This document shows positions 1 through 9,515 of a stretch of DNA of 54,347 bases, one piece after another (within the stretch, counting starts at the first letter, position 1; each line of letters begins with the position of its first letter). The notes beneath the pieces were generated by a model. The model was not told where the DNA came from and made no database searches. It saw only the letters and a list, made by a program, of their open reading frames with translations. Made by a program: the position numbers and the translations under genes. The DNA is taken from the sequence record DRR723986_10554, one strand, 5' to 3'.

Positions 1-504
1 ATCCGCATCGATCGCCATCTGCTTGCCCGGGATCGCATCCAGAGTGAAGCGTGCGCCAACTTCCGCAATACGGGTTGCGCCCTTGGTGATGACCATGAAG
101 TTGACGATGACCAGGATCGCAAAAACAATTAGACCGATGACAAAGTCACCGCTCATCACGAATTGCGAAAAGCCGTTGATCACATAGCCCGCCGCATTCA
201 GCCCCTCGTGGCCGTTGGCAAGGATCATGCGCGTTGTCGAGATATTGAGCGACAGCCGCAGCATGGTGGCGATCAGCAGGATCGTCGGGAAAGACGAGAA
301 ATCGAGCGGACGCTGGATCCAGAGCGAAACCATCAGGATCAAGACCGACAGCGCGATCGACATGGCCAGGCCGATATCGATCAGGAATGTCGGGATTGGC
401 AGAAAAAGAACGGCCAGGATTAGGACGATGCCTATGGCAAAGCCGACGTCGCGGCGGCTGTCCGGCGCATTGCCGGCAGCCGGCGAAAGGGAGGTGTCTG
501 TCAT
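1..504 (-). CDS. flhA: Flagellar export protein FlhA, N-terminal part (runs off the window's left edge)
   Basis: Not in the ORF track. Manual translation from the ATG at 504 gives MTDTSLS...[24 protein letters not shown]...[30 protein letters not shown], the FlhA signature. Follows fliQ. Confidence 0.97.
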   Translation of the reverse strand, partial: MTDTSLSPAAGNAPDSRRDVGFAIGIVLILAVLFLPIPTFLIDIGLAMSIALSVLILMVSLWIQRPLDFSSFPTILLIATMLRLSLNISTTRMILANGHEGLNAAGYVINGFSQFVMSGDFVIGLIVFAILVIVNFMVITKGATRIAEVGARFTLDAIPGKQMAIDAD

Positions 505-552
505 GCCTTCTCTCTGCTGCAGGTCTGATACCTGGCAACCTCGCTCTTGAAG

Positions 553-565
553 CTTGCGCGAGGCT
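553..565 (-). promoter_or_regulatory. Conserved flagellar promoter box upstream of flhA
   Basis: CTTGCGCGAGGCT on the + strand, 49 nt from the flhA ATG; recurs before five other flagellar genes. Confidence 0.7.
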
Positions 566-714
566 TTTTTGAAGAAGGATTTCAGGAGGGAAGTTCGGGA
601 AAGGGTGAGCGCTCTGAACGACGATGGTCGCTCCAGGCTCCGAAGGGAGCGGCATTCGCACTTGAAGCAAGTCGTGGTTCAAGGAGAAATGGATGCGAGA
701 AACGCATCTACCTT

Positions 715-828
715 GTCATCCCGGCAAAGGCCTGGATCCATTAGCGACATGCGCCAAGGTGAAAGGTTTCGCCGACAACGCAAAGGACCTGATCCCGGCT
801 TACAGCTTTCGCTGCAAACCAGGACGAT
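715..828. repeat. Decayed REP-like palindrome doublet
   Basis: GTCATCCCGGCAAAGGCCTGGATCCA (715-740) and an inverted degenerate partner GATCCCGGCTTACAGCTTTCGCTGCAAACCAGGACGA (791-827). Resembles alphaproteobacterial GTCATCCCGG...CCGGGATC repeats. Confidence 0.55.
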
Positions 829-889
829 AAATAAATTCAGGACCACGACGGCGCCTGAAACCATGCAAGAATAGTCCTGCAGACCGTCG

Positions 890-1156
890 CTAGAACCCCG
901 TTTCGATCCGATTGTAGATCAGGGTCGTCAACGAGTAGATCTGGCCGCCGATGAAAGGTCCGGCGACCACGATCATGACCAGAATCGCCACGATCTTTGG
1001 AATGAAAGTAAGAGTGATTTCCTGAACCTGGGTCAGGGCCTGCAGCAACGCAATTCCGATACCGACAATCATCGCCGGTACGATCGCGGGGGCAGATCCG
1101 ACGAGGATCGTCCAGATTGCAGTCCGGACCAGGTCCAGGGCATCAACTTCATTCAT
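890..1156 (-). CDS. fliQ: Flagellar export protein FliQ
   Basis: 88 aa hydrophobic protein with the LQALTQVQEITLTFIPK motif. Confidence 0.97.
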   Translation of the reverse strand: MNEVDALDLVRTAIWTILVGSAPAIVPAMIVGIGIALLQALTQVQEITLTFIPKIVAILVMIVVAGPFIGGQIYSLTTLIYNRIETGF

Positions 1157-1170
1157 GTCTTTCCATCCGC

Positions 1171-1566
1171 TCAGGAAATGGTTACACCCGGTCCAAGCAG
1201 AACACCCTGACCGTTGTCGAGCGCGAGCACGGTGCCGTCGGAATAGACTTCAACCTTTTCCACGACACCTGTCGTGCCGTTGGCGTCGGTCACGGTCCGC
1301 CCGATAAGATCATCTACCTGACCGAACGAAAGGTTGGTCAGAAGCGTTTCCAGCTTGGCGTTCGTCTGAATAGACTGCTCAACTTGGCTGAAGCTTGCGA
1401 GCTGCGCGAGCTGTTCTGATGCGTCCATGGGATTGGTCGGATCCTGGTTCTGCATCTGAGCCATCATCAGATGCAGGAAGGTGTCGTAGTCGACAGTCAG
1501 CTGCTTCTGAGCGGATGCAGTCGAGGCAGCACCCTGGGTGGCGCTGACGCCTTCAACACTGGTCAT
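1171..1566 (-). CDS. flgD: Hook capping protein FlgD
   Basis: FLHLMMAQMQNQDPTNPMD...LAQLASFSQVEQ motif. Confidence 0.96.
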   Translation of the reverse strand: MTSVEGVSATQGAASTASAQKQLTVDYDTFLHLMMAQMQNQDPTNPMDASEQLAQLASFSQVEQSIQTNAKLETLLTNLSFGQVDDLIGRTVTDANGTTGVVEKVEVYSDGTVLALDNGQGVLLGPGVTIS

Positions 1567-1577
1567 CTAATCACTCC

Positions 1578-2051
1578 TTAAACAACGGCCAGCCTGGGGC
1601 CGTACTGAAAATTTTCTCTTGGCGCCGGCCGGGGGGCGGTCTGCCGGGTTTCCTGCGCGCGCCGGTTCTTTTCGGCCAGCATCAGGCTTGCCTCCAGCGG
1701 ATAGAGCGCACGCACAACCTTCATTGCCTCGAACCACCGATCCGTTTTTGCCAGCTCCTCAACCTTGTCGAGATGCATCAGCACCTCCTTGTTCGAGAAC
1801 GCCGACTTCACGGAACCAAGCACGAGATGGAACATGTCCTGAACCGCACCAGCGGCTGCCGGATCGATGATCATGGTCTGGAGAATGAAGTAGAGCTGGC
1901 GAAGCGGCGTCGTCGCCTCTTCTGGCTGAAGCACATGGGCTTCCAGCAGGAATACGGCATCATTCAGCAGTTCGATGTTGGTTTTCCGTTCGGCCCGGAT
2001 CACCGCACCGTTGATGAACAGGCGTTCGCCTGCTTTCAAACCGATTTTCAT
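1578..2051 (-). CDS. flbT: Flagellin translational regulator FlbT
   Basis: LKAGERLFINGAVIR and ATTPLRQLYF motifs; adjacent to flaF. Confidence 0.95.
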   Translation of the reverse strand: MKIGLKAGERLFINGAVIRAERKTNIELLNDAVFLLEAHVLQPEEATTPLRQLYFILQTMIIDPAAAGAVQDMFHLVLGSVKSAFSNKEVLMHLDKVEELAKTDRWFEAMKVVRALYPLEASLMLAEKNRRAQETRQTAPRPAPRENFQYGPRLAVV

Positions 2052-2055
2052 GAGT

Positions 2056-2406
2056 TTAACCGTCCAGGCTGTCGCGGATGATGGAATTGATCTGGATGAT
2101 GTCGGAGAAGTCCTCCTGCTCCCACTGGCGCAAGGATTCGACCTCTTTCAGGACCCAGATGCCGACAGAGATCAGATTGGCTCTCGTTTCGATCGGCAGT
2201 TCGTTGGCGTCGTCCGCCAGGTGTTCCAGGAAGTAGCTCCACAGGCGCCGTGTGTAGAACAGCGCGTCGACGGCTTCGGGAGACTTGACGCCGCGCTCCT
2301 GGGCGACGTTGAGCTTGCCGATAACGATCGACATTGCCTCATGTTCGTTGAGCCGCTGGTCAGAGCAAAGATCGTCCATAACCTCAGCGTAAGACAGATT
2401 GTACAT
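2056..2406 (-). CDS. flaF: Flagellar regulator FlaF
   Basis: RRLW...LADDANELP.ETRANLISVGIWV and INSIIRD motifs. Start placed at MYNLSY, downstream of GAGAGG. Confidence 0.94.
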   Translation of the reverse strand: MYNLSYAEVMDDLCSDQRLNEHEAMSIVIGKLNVAQERGVKSPEAVDALFYTRRLWSYFLEHLADDANELPIETRANLISVGIWVLKEVESLRQWEQEDFSDIIQINSIIRDSLDG

Positions 2407-2457
2407 GGGCCCTCTCAAGGTTGGGTTTGATACGAAAAATCAGACATTCGGCCACGA

Positions 2458-3504
2458 TTACAGGTAGTTGAGAATGCTCAGACCCTGCATGCGGGCCGTG
2501 ACCGCATAGGTGGTCTCAAGCTGTGTCAGAGCCGTGTTGAGACGCACCGACGTTTCCTCCAGATTGACGTTTTCAAGGTCGTTGATGCGCCGGTTCAGGA
2601 TGACGGTTTGAACCTTCAACCGTTCGCTCGCCAGCTTGACCTGCTCCTGCACATTGCCGAGCTTGCCCATCTGGCTGGTGACATCGGCAATACCGGTTCC
2701 GAGCTTCTCGATCGCCTTGTTGACCACCACCTTCCAGGTTTCGGGATCAAGGTCCTCGTTACCGAGGTCCGACATCATCGTGTAGGCTGCGGCCAGGTCT
2801 CTGAATGCCTGCTCGTTTGCGCTGACGGAACTGGACACCGTTTCACTCGCCGAAATACGGCTGACCATCACGTTGCTGGACGCACTCGACCAGGACGTGC
2901 CCCAGGCCGGGTTCTGGAACATCGTCTCGAAGGCACCGTTCAGATAAGTGGACATGGCCGCAGGTGTGATGCCCGAAACGCCCGGGTTGGATTGCGCCAT
3001 CCCGAACTCGGTCATGAACGCTGCATCGGCAGCCAATTTGTTCGGAGACGTCGGATCGGAGTAATCCGCGAAAGGTTCCTGGTCCGTATTGATGCCGGCA
3101 AAGACGAAATTGCCGTTGAGCTGGGTGTTCAGACGGGACGTCAGAAGCTCCAGATTGCCGACGGCATCCGCCTTGACGATATCCGAACTGCCGTTGTTCT
3201 CACGCAGGGCCACAAGGGTCGCCAGAAAGTCCTGCGCATCCGTCAGAATGTCGCCCATTGCCGTCTGGCTGACATCGAGCCGCGACGCGGTAAGCGCGTT
3301 GGTATCCATGATGCCATTGAGAAAATGAAACTCGGAACGTAGCGACACGCTTTCGCCGGTCTTGGTCCCAAGATCCAGGCCGACGTCGTATTTGCGGCCG
3401 GAGGACAGCTCGATGCTGAGCTTCTGCACGAGGCTGGACTGGTTCTGGATCTGTCGGCGAGACGCATCGGCGAGTGTGATCGTGGAGATATAGGTGGTTT
3501 TCAT
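2458..3504 (-). CDS. flgL: Hook-associated protein FlgL
   Basis: Flagellin-like termini, LNTQLNGNFVFAGINTD, C-terminal LSILNYL; follows flgK. Confidence 0.93.
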   Translation of the reverse strand: MKTTYISTITLADASRRQIQNQSSLVQKLSIELSSGRKYDVGLDLGTKTGESVSLRSEFHFLNGIMDTNALTASRLDVSQTAMGDILTDAQDFLATLVALRENNGSSDIVKADAVGNLELLTSRLNTQLNGNFVFAGINTDQEPFADYSDPTSPNKLAADAAFMTEFGMAQSNPGVSGITPAAMSTYLNGAFETMFQNPAWGTSWSSASSNVMVSRISASETVSSSVSANEQAFRDLAAAYTMMSDLGNEDLDPETWKVVVNKAIEKLGTGIADVTSQMGKLGNVQEQVKLASERLKVQTVILNRRINDLENVNLEETSVRLNTALTQLETTYAVTARMQGLSILNYL

Positions 3505-3509
3505 AACTG

Positions 3510-5000
3510 TTACCTCGCCGCAGCCAGAAGGTCTTCCAGCATGCCGTCGACGGCGCTGATGAGCCGTGTCGCCGCTGAGTAGGATCGCTCGATTTCCAGT
3601 AGCAGCGTCATTTCTTCGTCGATGTTGACGCCTGTCTTGTTGTTGAGGTTTTCAGCCGTCCGACTGAGAATGACGGTCTGCACCTCGACATTGCTCGTCA
3701 TGGTCTTTCGGCCGGCTTCCAGCCAGCTGACGGACGAAGCGGCAAAGCCGGACAACGTGTCGGTCGGATCGAGTTCCACGCCGCTGTCGAAAACGGTGTC
3801 CTTGTCAAACGCGGAAACCAGTTCCTGCAGACGGTCGGAGAACCCGGCAGCGCCGGACGGGTTGTAGTTGTAATTGGGGTCGAACGGGTCGGAGATGCCG
3901 CCATCGCGCAACCTGTCCAGGTCGCCGCCCTGATCCGGATCGGCGTTGGCATTGACGACGATTTCCGCAGCAAGCCCGGTAATATGGGTGCCGGATGCTG
4001 GCACCGCCGGTGCACCGGACCACGTGAACAGGCCAGCCTGATCCGGATTGCCGCCACCGCTCTGATCGCTTTCGGCGAAGGCTTCGATCAGACCACGCGC
4101 GATTTCGTCGAGCTGGCTCTGATAGGTTACCGCTACTTCATCGCGCAGTTCAGCAAGACCTTGCAGCCTGCCGGACTTGATCTCCATGAGAGCGCCCGGT
4201 CCTGCCACGGGAACGCCGTCCACCATCACGGAATTACCCGTGGTAGCAGCACCATAAACAATGGTCGGCTCGAAGGTGACCGCTCTGGCCTTGGTTTCAA
4301 ACAGCGTCACGCCGCTGTCCGTGTAGACCACAATATCGCCATTGCTGCGGTTCAGCGTGGTAATGCCGATTTCCTCGGACAGCTTGAGCAGAACCTGGTC
4401 GCGGCTGTCGTGGGCATCGGTGACATCAGCCCCCGATTGCGTTCCCCGCACGATAACCGAGTTGAGATCTTCGAGTTGTTTCAACAGCGTGTTGATCTCA
4501 CGCACGGAGGTCGCCATGTCCGCATCCGCGTTGGTGCGCACATCCTGCACCAGTGCCGTTCCGGACTGGAGCGTTTGCACCATGTCCTTGGAGGCCTGCA
4601 GAACGTCCTGCGCCTGGATCGCGTTGCTGGGATCGGAAGCATAGTTTTGAAGCGACAGCTTCAGCGCACCGAGTTTTGCCGCAGCGGACATGTGGTTCTG
4701 GGTATCGCCTGTGGTTTCAGCGAGACGGGTAAGGCCCGCCAGGACCGCTTCCTGGGAGGATCCAGTGGAGGTGGAGGACAGGAGCGACGAATACAGCGCG
4801 CTGTCCGTCACCCGGCCGATACCGTCGACCTTGAGGCCGCCGGCCTGACCGGTGTCGGTGTAGGTCTGGCTCAACAGAACGGATTTGCGCGAGTAGCCGG
4901 GGTCTTGAGCCCCGGCAATGTTTCGCGAAACCACGGAGGATTCTGTCTGCCTTGCGGCCAGCGCGGACTGGGCGACTTTGAGGGCTACAGACAAACTCAT
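3510..5000 (-). CDS. flgK: Hook-associated protein FlgK
   Basis: SRNIAGAQDPGYSRK N-terminus and GVNIDEEM...ERSYSA C-terminus. Confidence 0.96.
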   Translation of the reverse strand: MSLSVALKVAQSALAARQTESSVVSRNIAGAQDPGYSRKSVLLSQTYTDTGQAGGLKVDGIGRVTDSALYSSLLSSTSTGSSQEAVLAGLTRLAETTGDTQNHMSAAAKLGALKLSLQNYASDPSNAIQAQDVLQASKDMVQTLQSGTALVQDVRTNADADMATSVREINTLLKQLEDLNSVIVRGTQSGADVTDAHDSRDQVLLKLSEEIGITTLNRSNGDIVVYTDSGVTLFETKARAVTFEPTIVYGAATTGNSVMVDGVPVAGPGALMEIKSGRLQGLAELRDEVAVTYQSQLDEIARGLIEAFAESDQSGGGNPDQAGLFTWSGAPAVPASGTHITGLAAEIVVNANADPDQGGDLDRLRDGGISDPFDPNYNYNPSGAAGFSDRLQELVSAFDKDTVFDSGVELDPTDTLSGFAASSVSWLEAGRKTMTSNVEVQTVILSRTAENLNNKTGVNIDEEMTLLLEIERSYSAATRLISAVDGMLEDLLAAAR

Positions 5001-5033
5001 GACAATAACTTTCCGATTGGCGGGTGAGCCGTG

Positions 5034-6308
5034 TTAGCGGACCAGGTTGACGAGCTGCTCGAGCAGGTCGGAACCGGCCTTGAACACCTGGGAATTGGCC
5101 GTGTAGGTGCGCTGGGATTCGATCATCGAGGTGAGCTCGTTGCCGAGATCGACGTTGGAGTCCTCAAGACCACCAACCTTGATGCTGCCTAGGCCGCCCT
5201 CGCCCGCAAAACCGACCCGGACATCACCGGAATCGAAGGACGTGCTGTAGACGTTGCCGGATTTGTTGGAGAGCCTGTCCGGGCTCGGTACATCCGCCAG
5301 CGGGATCTTGTAGATCGCCCGACGGTCACCGTTGGTGTAGATGGCAAACAGAGTGCCGTCGTCAGAGAATTCAACGTTCTTCACCGCACTCGGTGCGTTC
5401 CCGTCCGCATCAACGTTGGTGACCGTGAAATCGGCATTCAGGTAGGTCGACTGATCAAGGTCCAGGTCGAAGGTGCCACCGTTGGGAACCGCGATATTGA
5501 TTGCGGTCGCACTGGCACCGGTGAGATTGCCTGTGGTGACGTCGAAGGTCAGCGTCTGGGTATTCAATGCCGGAGCAGTATAGGGAAATCCGCCGCCGGG
5601 TGCGGCATCCGCCGCGTTGTAGATCGAGACTTCCCAGTCACTGTCTGCAGCCGTTTCCGTGACCTTGGAGTAATAGACGTCCAGTTTCACCTCGTTGCCG
5701 AGGTTGTCGTACACGATCATGGACGTCTTGTGGGAATAGCTCGCGGTTGCTGCGTTGGCAGACGGCAGATCCGCCGCCGGTACAATCGCCGCGTCTTCAC
5801 TCACGTTCACGCGCAGGAACGCTTCGCTGGTGGGAGTGGCTTCCAGCTGGTTCTGGGTGATGTTGATCCGCTCCAGACCACCAAGACCGTTGGCAACGGT
5901 AGTTGGCGCGGTGTTGCCCGTGATTGGATAGCCCTGGAGATAATAGCCGGCCGTATTCAGGAGATAGCCATCTCCATCCGGAACGAAGTGACCGGCGCGG
6001 GTAAGAAAGCTTTCACCTGCCTCGTTGCCGACAACAAAGAAGCCGTTGCCATCCACCGCAAGATCGAGCTTCGACGTGGTGAAGCTGATGTTTCCCTGCT
6101 TGGAAACCTGGTACTGGGTGTGCGCCTCGACGCCGCCGGAGTTGAACGAGCCAGCCCCTTGCGAAACAACCAGTGAGGAAAATTCCGACTGGGCGCGCTT
6201 ATAGCCTGTCGTGCTCGAGTTCATAATGTTTTCGGCAACTGTGCCGAGCTTGCTCGACTGTGCGTTCATGCCGGAAACGCCGGTTCGCATAACTCCGAAA
6301 AGGCCCAT
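5034..6308 (-). CDS. flgE: Flagellar hook protein FlgE
   Basis: GVSGM...ENIMNSSTTGYK, LDLAVDGNGFF, TRAGHF and LEDSNVDL..EL..MIESQR motifs. Confidence 0.97.
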   Translation of the reverse strand: MGLFGVMRTGVSGMNAQSSKLGTVAENIMNSSTTGYKRAQSEFSSLVVSQGAGSFNSGGVEAHTQYQVSKQGNISFTTSKLDLAVDGNGFFVVGNEAGESFLTRAGHFVPDGDGYLLNTAGYYLQGYPITGNTAPTTVANGLGGLERINITQNQLEATPTSEAFLRVNVSEDAAIVPAADLPSANAATASYSHKTSMIVYDNLGNEVKLDVYYSKVTETAADSDWEVSIYNAADAAPGGGFPYTAPALNTQTLTFDVTTGNLTGASATAINIAVPNGGTFDLDLDQSTYLNADFTVTNVDADGNAPSAVKNVEFSDDGTLFAIYTNGDRRAIYKIPLADVPSPDRLSNKSGNVYSTSFDSGDVRVGFAGEGGLGSIKVGGLEDSNVDLGNELTSMIESQRTYTANSQVFKAGSDLLEQLVNLVR

Positions 6309-6357
6309 GACAGGTCTCCTGTGTCCAAATCAACTGGAGACAGTCAAACCGACCTAA

Positions 6358-6370
6358 CTTGCGCGAAGCT
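6358..6370 (-). promoter_or_regulatory. Conserved flagellar promoter box upstream of flgE
   Basis: CTTGCGCGAAGCT, 50 nt from the flgE ATG. Confidence 0.72.
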
Positions 6371-6441
6371 GTTGCGAGAAAATAATTATTCTTTCCATTC
6401 AGATACTTAATTATGTAAAAATTTATCTATCAAACAAAACG

Positions 6442-6471
6442 AAAGCACCGGGCAAGCTGTCCGGTGCTTTT
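6442..6471 (-). terminator. Intrinsic terminator after the fliF-motB-motC-fliK-SLT unit
   Basis: AAAGCACCGG-GCAAGCTGT-CCGGTGCTTT inverted repeat just past the SLT stop, followed by a U-rich tract on the minus strand. Confidence 0.8.
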
Positions 6472-6477
6472 CAGAGA

Positions 6478-7053
6478 TCAGGCGCCGCAGAATTGCTTGG
6501 ACTGCTGTGTCCAGTTTCCAAAACCGGAAGCAACCATGTTGCGGATCACCGTGCAGACATACCGTTTTTGCGCGGGATCATTGTTCGGACCCGCATGATA
6601 GCGGGCAACAGCCATCGTCCAGGATCCCTGGCGCCGCCTCAGGTCCTTCAGGAACCTTGCCGCATATTGCACATTTGCACGTGGTTCCAGCATCTGATCC
6701 ACGGAACGGAACTGGTCACCGTGGTAATGATGGTTGATCTGCATACAGCCGATGTCGATCAGCTTCTTGCCGTGCTGTTGTGCATCAATCACATCCTGCT
6801 TCGCGGCTTGCCGGCTGGGAGGAAACACGGACTTTCCCTCGATGTTGAGGGCATAGGGGTACAGCGAATTGCGCCGCCCGGTTTCCGTCAGCCCGACCGC
6901 ATAAAGCACGCCGAGCGGCACGTTGTACTTTCGCGCTGCCGAGATCATCTCGCGTTCGCAAACGTTCTGGGTCTCGGCAGCCGCAGGCACGCTAACGGCG
7001 AGAGCACTAAAGATAGATGCCGTCAGAAAGGCTGATGTCAGAACCTTCCTCAT
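6478..7053 (-). CDS. Flagellum-associated lytic transglycosylase (SLT domain)
   Basis: Signal peptide from MRKVLTS; AVGLTETG catalytic Glu region, DIGCMQIN and AVARYHAG. Position after fliK is conserved in rhizobial clusters. Overlaps the fliK 3' end. Confidence 0.9.
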   Translation of the reverse strand: MRKVLTSAFLTASIFSALAVSVPAAAETQNVCEREMISAARKYNVPLGVLYAVGLTETGRRNSLYPYALNIEGKSVFPPSRQAAKQDVIDAQQHGKKLIDIGCMQINHHYHGDQFRSVDQMLEPRANVQYAARFLKDLRRRQGSWTMAVARYHAGPNNDPAQKRYVCTVIRNMVASGFGNWTQQSKQFCGA

Positions 7054-8290
7054 GACCTGTTCCTCTTGTTGTTTCAGAAGCCTGATACGCGTCTTCTCTG
7101 GAGTTTTGGCCCGGACGCCCATTCTGCTGTCCGGCACCGTTGCCGGAACTCTGCGGTTGGCCGTCAAACGGGTTACCGCCACCAGCGCCATTCTGGTTCT
7201 GGGCCTGAGGGCCTGAAGCGTTGCTTCCCGCCTGGACCTGGATCCGGTCGTCTCCAGCCTGGATCGTGATGGCATCAGCCTTGACCCCGGTCGCCCTGAG
7301 CATCTGATCGAGCAGTTGTCGGTCTTGCTTCAGGAGTTCCGCAGTTTGCGCCCTGCTCGTTACAAGCGACACTTCCACTGTATCACCGACCATCCTGAGA
7401 GATACTTTCACGGTGCCGAGTTCATGTGGCGTGAGCTGGATATCCAGTGTTTTCAGAACAGGGCCTTCCGCCTTGGCAGTTATGCCACCGTCAAGTGATG
7501 CGGAGCTGGAAGCCATATCCTTTACTGCTGCGGCGATCTGGTCACCTACCTGTTGCGCGGGGGAGAGCCGCATATTCGGTGCAAAGTGGGTTTCCTGGCG
7601 CAGAACCTTGACGGTGCCCGCCGCTTCGTCCGGCAACATGGACCGGCCAATAGCCCCACGTCCTTCGCCGTCGGAAATTGTCTCCGGTTCGACGCCGAAC
7701 TGCGCGAAGAGCGAAGACGTTCCGGTCTGTGCAGGTCCATCGGGATCGCCAACCGGCATACCGTTGGCCTGCCCTTGCAGGAGCGAAGGCATCGGGGCTG
7801 CACCAGACTGGGCCTGCGACGAGGGAACCTGACCGTTTTTTCCAGCCAGCATCGCATTTAGCGACAATCCCACATGCGCTGCTGAACTCTGCAACATGGT
7901 TTCGGCTTTCGGGTCCGTTTGTCCCTCGGCCGCACCATCCAGGCCTTCGCCATCCTTCGCCTTGCGTGACAGTGCGTTCTGGGAAGCCTGACGCAGGGCG
8001 TCGACAAGATTGCTGGTCGAAAACGCCGCCGAACCTGCCGCCTGTTCCTTGCCGGAACCGGTCTTGCCGTTCGCATCACCCGTAGCCCCGTCTGCCTGAT
8101 CAGATGTTTCAGACCCGGGTTTTCCTGCCGCATCTTCGGCAGCATCGCCTTTTTTCATGTTCTGCATGACGGCCTGGAATGCAGCCGCGGCTTCTTTGGA
8201 AGAGGTTTGCCCGCGCTCGCCCGTTCCAGCGTCCGTCGACTTGCCGGACTTCGGCGCAGTCGGAACGAATGCCTGAGTGTTAACGCTCAT
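7007..8290 (-). CDS. fliK: Hook-length control protein FliK (MotD)
   Basis: Low-complexity N-terminal half; C-terminal LDIQLTPHELGTVKVSLR FliK domain. Start at MSVNTQ. Confidence 0.9.
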   Translation of the reverse strand: MSVNTQAFVPTAPKSGKSTDAGTGERGQTSSKEAAAAFQAVMQNMKKGDAAEDAAGKPGSETSDQADGATGDANGKTGSGKEQAAGSAAFSTSNLVDALRQASQNALSRKAKDGEGLDGAAEGQTDPKAETMLQSSAAHVGLSLNAMLAGKNGQVPSSQAQSGAAPMPSLLQGQANGMPVGDPDGPAQTGTSSLFAQFGVEPETISDGEGRGAIGRSMLPDEAAGTVKVLRQETHFAPNMRLSPAQQVGDQIAAAVKDMASSSASLDGGITAKAEGPVLKTLDIQLTPHELGTVKVSLRMVGDTVEVSLVTSRAQTAELLKQDRQLLDQMLRATGVKADAITIQAGDDRIQVQAGSNASGPQAQNQNGAGGGNPFDGQPQSSGNGAGQQNGRPGQNSREDAYQASETTRGTGHEEGSDISLSDGIYL

Positions 8291-9515
8291 CCTGTTCTCC
8301 CAATTGAGCGAGGGACTTTCCCGTCCGGCGCAACAGAACATTCGCAAGTTCCATGTCCGCGCTGACCCAGCTTTGATCTTCAGGAGCGTCCATATTGGTC
8401 GCGACGTTGAATTCGCCGATCACGTTGGGCGGCGGCTCCGGAAAATGCCGGACCGAGTTGAGCACGGTGTAGACGCCGTCAAGCATCGCCAGGTCCTGCG
8501 CAGTCAGGATCGACTTGTCGATCGACCACAACAGGTCTCGATTGGCTGTAATGAACTCCGGGTCGAGACGGGTCGCCGCAAGGTATATCTTCAGGATTTC
8601 GTTTTCCTTGGTGCCGTCGACGGTTAGCGTCAGCGCTTCTCCCGTTGCCTTTCGCGCGACATTCAGATGGCCTGCCAGCAGGGCGGAACGGGCCAGCCGA
8701 AGATAAAGACCGCGCCTGCTGTCGGCATCGAATTCGTGCAGCACGTCATCCAGGAGCGCGAACTTGTCCTCGCTTTTGACAAATCCGAGCGTGTCCAGTG
8801 ACAGGGCAAATCGCCTGCGGAAATCACCGGCATAAACCGACGTGCGGAACCGGCGAAGATATCGGATGCTGAGAACTCGAAAGCGATCGACGTTGCCGGT
8901 CATCCCAGCGACGAAGACTTCCCGGCGAAGAGCAGCTTCCTCGACGAGCGTTCCAGGCATCAGTAGGCTGGCGACCTGAAGCAGTTCCATCGCCTTTTCC
9001 GGATCCGTGCGGATGTAGGGTGCAGCCTTTACCAGTGCGACATGCCCCCCCAGGCTTGCCGGCAGTTCCAGCGGATCGATCTCCGCCAGAAGAACGATCA
9101 TGTCCTCTTCCCTGCCTTCGACATAGGCAAGCGACGCTTCCATGAGTTTGCGGTCGACAGCGGGTGCCGGATCGAGGGACAAGAGATACCGCATTACGTC
9201 TGGATGTCCGCCACTCAGAAGATGGATGACGGCCGCCCGCGCGTTGCGCGGTTCCTGCCACGCATCAGCTGGCAACACGACGAAACTTGCGTCCATCTTT
9301 GTCAGCAAGGCTCGCTGCGCCTGCATCGCATGGCTGTTGCCCTGTGCGATCTGCTCCTGCAAGGACTGCAGCGACCGGATCATTTCAAATGGTTCCGGAT
9401 CCGAAGTCTGCTTGCCAACCTGCTGCGCCCAGCCTGCCGACACCCAGAAGACGGCCGCAATCAAGCCAAGGAGCAGACCTTTGAAGCAAGGGACCCTGAT
9501 GGAGAGGCAGCGCAT
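8280..9515 (-). CDS. motC: Periplasmic motility protein MotC
   Basis: Signal peptide; PFEMIRSLQ.LQ and LMPGTLVEEAALRR motifs; lies between motB and fliK. Confidence 0.9.
   Translation of the reverse strand: MRCLSIRVPCFKGLLLGLIAAVFWVSAGWAQQVGKQTSDPEPFEMIRSLQSLQEQIAQGNSHAMQAQRALLTKMDASFVVLPADAWQEPRNARAAVIHLLSGGHPDVMRYLLSLDPAPAVDRKLMEASLAYVEGREEDMIVLLAEIDPLELPASLGGHVALVKAAPYIRTDPEKAMELLQVASLLMPGTLVEEAALRREVFVAGMTGNVDRFRVLSIRYLRRFRTSVYAGDFRRRFALSLDTLGFVKSEDKFALLDDVLHEFDADSRRGLYLRLARSALLAGHLNVARKATGEALTLTVDGTKENEILKIYLAATRLDPEFITANRDLLWSIDKSILTAQDLAMLDGVYTVLNSVRHFPEPPPNVIGEFNVATNMDAPEDQSWVSADMELANVLLRRTGKSLAQLGEQDER

Noticed and set aside
146..874. Several ORF-track calls over flhA and the fliQ-flhA spacer
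   Set aside because: The real gene is flhA in another frame (1-504). Spacer ORFs run through palindromic repeats and lack protein-like features.
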